Assembly (NCBI RefSeq): GCF_009914755.1
Contig: NC_060928.1
DNA length: 64,000 bases
Origin: the human T2T-CHM13v2.0 reference genome, Homo sapiens
Strand: one strand, 5' to 3'
This document shows, piece after piece, positions 58,676 through 64,000 of the stretch. The position numbers were made by a program, and so were the translations under genes. Numbering within the stretch: position 1 is the stretch's first letter; the number at the start of each line of letters is the position of its first letter. The notes under the pieces are model-generated. The model did no database searches and was not told the origin of the DNA. It saw nothing but the letters and a program-made list of their open reading frames with translations.

Positions 58676-59050
58676 GTTTTATCAAACTGCCATGTTTCTT
58701 ACTGCACTATGATTAGATCATTGCCAGCAGGAACACTCCTCTGTGTCAGCAAGGGAACAGGAAATGGAATGTTCTATTACATGCCTAAAGCAGCTTAGCT
58801 GTTCACTAGCCAGGCATCTACCAAAAGAGCAGGGGGTGACTCACTGTGTATTTTTTAAAGATACAGAAGCTCTATTCCAAAGCAAACTTCTGTCAAGTAA
58901 TTTTAACAGACAAAATAAAGTCTCTTATTTTACCACTTCAATTTTTAAAATCCTAAAATTTCAAAAAAGAAATAACATATTTTTTAAAAAGCTATTTAAC
59001 ACGTCTGGCTTCCTGGTTGAACAAAAGAGGTTGAAGTGGGTTACGCAGCA
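58676..59050 (-). promoter_or_regulatory. Putative 5'UTR and CpG-poor internal promoter of the alternative first exon
   Basis: Unique sequence directly upstream of the alternative ATG. Motifs: ETS-like CAGGAAAT (~58758), TEAD/M-CAT TGGAATG (58765-58771), AP-1 TGACTCA (58837-58843), ETS CTTCCTG (~59009). The TSS cannot be determined from sequence. Confidence 0.5.
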
Positions 59051-59617
59051 ATTTATCCTTAGTAAAGCCTTGTAGTGAGATTAATGGTTGTATTAAAGAC
59101 GCAAAGAAGGAGGCATGATAATGCCAAGTTAGAAATTTGCTACATCAGGCAAATGTATTATATAACATACATATTACAGTTGACTTCAGGGTTTCAAAAA
59201 TAATTATCCTAATGTAGATTTTTTAATAGTAAATTGGTTTTTATAAACTAATCTGCTTGTAAATACTTATGAGAACCAGGTTAACATTCAACTAATTTAC
59301 AGTTACTGAAGCAAGCTATAATATTTGATATATGCATTTTCTAGTAGTGCCTTTAACTTCATTTACTAACCAAAGAAATGGCCTTTTTCTCTTACAATAA
59401 ATACTCTAAGAGACTAAAATATCCTAGATAAATGAAATTTAGAGACACCAAATCTGGATCATCAAACAGCAAATAAAGTGAGTGAGTGACAGTGGAGCCA
59501 ATATATATTATATTCATTCCTGTAATTGATCTTCCATTTAGTAAAACTTGTTAGATTGTCAAATTTCTTCCTTATACAACTTTGAATATGAAAAAATGCA
59601 CTGAAAAAGGAACAATG

Positions 59618-59900
59618 GGCCGAGCGCAGTGGCTCACACCTGTAATCCCAGCACTTGGGGAGGCTGAGGCGAGCAGATCATTTGAGGCCAGGAGTTCGAT
59701 CAAGACCAGCCTGGCCAACATGGTGAAACCCCGTCTCTACTAAAAATACAAAAATTAGCTGGGCGTGGTAGTGCATGCCTGTAATCCCAGCTACTCAGGT
59801 GGCTGCATGAGAATCACGTGAACCCGGGAGGTGGATGTTGCCATTGTGCCACTGGCACCCTAGCCTGGGCAACAGAGCGAGACTGTCTCCAAAAACAAAA
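59618..59900 (+). mobile_element. AluS-type with small deletions
   Basis: Alu consensus; TSD aaaaaggaacaatg. Confidence 0.93.
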
Positions 59901-60279
59901 AGGAACAATGTTTTATGCTCTAAACTGAGAAAAGTGATGTGATGATGTGCATGACATTGCTGGTACTATCTCCTCAAAGTGATGTCATGTTTTAGTGGTG
60001 ATTTTGGAGTACTCTTGGGCCTCAATTTATTAATCATGAAATGGGATAATATTCATTCAACTTGAAATATCAGAAACTGCTCTAGGTGCAGTCAACTAGA
60101 CAGATTATGGTTTCTTAACAGTTTATATGAAGATTAAATGATATAAAGTACCTACTACACGGTTTCTGGTATTTAAGAAATACCCATACTGTGTCAAGCA
60201 ATATATGATTTCTTTTTTTAAAAAAATAAACATATTATTTATCCTCATAACAACCCAGCTATGTCATATTTTTAAACTA

Positions 60280-60500
60280 CATTTTGCTTACTATATGCCA
60301 TTTTAAATGCTTTTTATATATTAACTCATTTAATTTTCACAGTAATCCTAAAACATATTATTATTATCCCCATTTTACGTATGTGGAAATGGGACAAAAA
60401 GAGGTTAAGCAACTTGCCCAATTATTTCAAGCTAAGCTAATTAAGTTGAAGAGTTGAGATCTGAATTCAGGCAGTTTGCACCAGACTGGAGTCCATATCC
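60280..60500 (-). mobile_element. MIR
   Basis: Core attattatccccattttac...gaggttaagcaacttgccca. Confidence 0.75.
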
Positions 60501-61219
60501 AGAATCATCAACTATACTTCTTCCCTGTGATAATCTCATTTTACGAATAAGGGAACCAAGTATCAGACAGGGCACACAGTTATATGCAGAGTCAAATCCA
60601 GATGCAAATCCAGAACTGATTGCAAAGGGTATGTGGAATTAATGGCAAACAAATGACACTATGTTTTACCTCATACCATACCTAGTGTTTACATTTAGGT
60701 ATGGGTATGCCTGGCATTTAAAGGCTGCTCAAAGTAATTTACATTGTTGAGACCTGGCTTAAACAGAAACTACAAACTGGCTTTTGTTATTTCCTGCCTC
60801 CCAGGTCAATTCTTTCTATGCTTCAAATAAACTGCTCCATCTTTAGACTTAAAACAAGTCGTCAACAAAGTTTCCCTTCCTCAAATTTTCCTCTAATGCT
60901 ATCAAGCAATGATAGGTTTGAGTTCAAGGAACGTATGCTGGAACACTCTCCTTTTCCATAAACCAAGAATAGGCCTTCCAAATCCTTTATCTGACAAGAA
61001 ATGGGGGCCCCTAAGACTAAAGTTAATAAAACCTTTCACTCTCCCCTTCTCTTCCATTCTAGGATTATGGGGTGCTTCTGTTTTCTGACATTTACTGTTG
61101 TTTTTAACAATACATATGTGATTATGGCTTTCTCACAGAATTATGGCTATCATTTATTATCTGTCTCCCTTAAAGACTAGAAAAAAGCAGGCAACACTGT
61201 TGAAAGCAGGCAATACTTT

Positions 61220-61923
<704 letters not shown>

Positions 61924-62035
61924 ATTTTTTGATTAAATGAACAAATTCACAGATAAGAGAATTGTCTGATATCCACTACAGTATCCTAATACCTTTTAAA
62001 TTATTGCTACTAATAGTAATAATTTCTTTTCTTCT

Positions 62036-62516
62036 GTTTTTTTTTTTTTTTTTTTTTTTTGAGACGGAGTCTCGCACTGTCGCCTGGGGTGGAGTGCAGT
62101 GGTGCAACCCCGGCTCACTGCAACCTCCGCCTCTGGATTCAAGCAATTCTCCTGCCTCAGCCACCAGAGCGGCTGGGATTACAGGCGCCTGCCACCATGC
62201 CCAGCTAATTTCTCGTATTTTTAGTAGAGACGGGGTTTCACCATGTTGACCAGGCTGGTCTTGAATTCCTGACCTCGTAATTCACCCGCCTCAGACTCCC
62301 AAAGTGCTGGGATTACAGGCGTGAGCCACCGCACCTGGCCCAATAGTAGTAATTTCTTTATTCTTTCTTTTTCTTTTTTGAGGTGGAGTCTCGCTCTGTC
62401 GCCCAGGCTGGAATGCAGTGGCGCAATCTCGGCTAACTTGCAACCTCCACCTCCTGGGCTCAAGTGATTCTCCTGCCTCAGCCTCCCCAGTAGCTGGGAC
62501 TACAGGCACGTGCCAC
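62036..62516 (-). mobile_element. AluSg-type (62036-62340) next to the tail of a right-arm-only Alu (62361-62516)
   Basis: Antisense Alus; TSD aatagta(a/g)taatttcttt around the full copy. Confidence 0.92.
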
Positions 62517-62781
62517 AATTTCTAACAAAAGCATTTGTTCTTTTACTCTATCTTTAGGTCACTGGATCACTGAAATAAGATATTAGAAGTATTGAATATA
62601 AACAGAATCTAAATTTCAGATTTTCTGCAGTTATTTGTTACATAGCAAAATAATGTATCCCCTTTAATTCTGTTTTCCAGTCCTTTTCATCAATATGATT
62701 ACCTATGTCACTGCAGGATACCATGGGCAAAAGGATATAAAGAGAAATTTATACATATTTGTCTAAAACCTGTCATCCTAA

Positions 62782-63100
<319 letters not shown>

Positions 63101-64000
63101 TCAACCTAATTTTATAGGCAAGAAAATTGTCTTCCCATTTATCTAAAATGGATTTCAATGGCACAAGACTTTTCATTATTTTGCCAACAGAAGTATTAAA
63201 GTGTAAATAGCAATTAACATATTAAGCTATGCAAACAAATGTAAACATATAAAAATAATTTAAAATAATAAAAGAAAATATTGACTGAAAATGTTCAAAT
63301 ATCCAAAATGAAGAGTGAAACCTCTCATAAAAAGAAGGTAAAGGACAAAAAAGCTCAGTAAATACCTAGATTGAATGAAAGAATCTTCCAAAATTGACAA
63401 TTTTATTTAGGACCAGCATTGGTTTCCTTGAAGAAGGAAAAAGAAAATCAAAACAAAAAAATATGTAGAAATGTGCTGACAAGCAAGCAACTCTGTTTTG
63501 CATGACTTAACACTTTGTTGTTTGTTCCCTTCATGTAAAACTTTAATAGAAAACTCCTTGTAAAGGAGTTTCATTCCTATCAATTTTTTAACTTAGGGAA
63601 TGGTGAGGCTTCAAAATCTATATATTCAAACAAAACAAGGACTGACAACTGGTGGTAGGAAAAATTTAATGATTTTGCCCACTCACATAAACTACTAGAA
63701 AAAAAACTAAAACAATTCTACCTCTTAAAATTATTAAATTTAATCATTACTTTATAGTATCTCTCTTTTTCTCTTTTCTACTGTGTAAATTATAGTAAAG
63801 CATAAGTATGAAACCCAAGTGTGAAAGAGCCTAAACCAAGTATAAGTGAAAGATATTAAAACAGAATTTAAGTTAAAAGGCTAATACGATTTGGTAAGAT
63901 TTCTGAAAGTCCATACATTATTAAAACAACACATTCTCATGATTTTACCTTTTATTTCTCCTAAACTACTCATGCTATAAAATGACTGAGGAATCTAGAT

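Overview
AT-rich, repeat-dense primate (almost certainly human) genomic DNA from the 5' part of ANKRD17 (Mask2), transcribed on the minus strand. Only two coding exons can be supported. One is a 154-nt exon at 13028-13181 encoding VESFILDQDDLENPMLETASKLLLSGTADGADLRTVDPETQARLEALLEAA, which I recognise as ANKRD17 exon 2. The other is an internal alternative first exon whose 54-nt CDS (58622-58675, MVETAAEMEAYVLEDILE) splices in phase to it. Neither appears in the supplied ORF track. The rest is intron 2 (left) and intron 1 (right): about 34 Alu/FLAM copies, several L1s, solo LTRs (THE1, MER61, MLT1) and DNA transposons (MER82, Charlie1, MER20, MER5, Tigger4). The track ORFs I checked are Alu, L1, microsatellite or chance frames. 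I found no evidence of a new multi-gene system. The most interesting signals are regulatory: a minimal in-frame uORF and a TEAD/AP-1/ETS motif cluster at the alternative first exon, a long AG-exclusion zone before exon 2, a candidate poison microexon and a candidate recursive splice site. There are also several templated micro-rearrangements and nested insertions. Repeat family names and edges were assigned by eye from remembered consensus sequences and are approximate.
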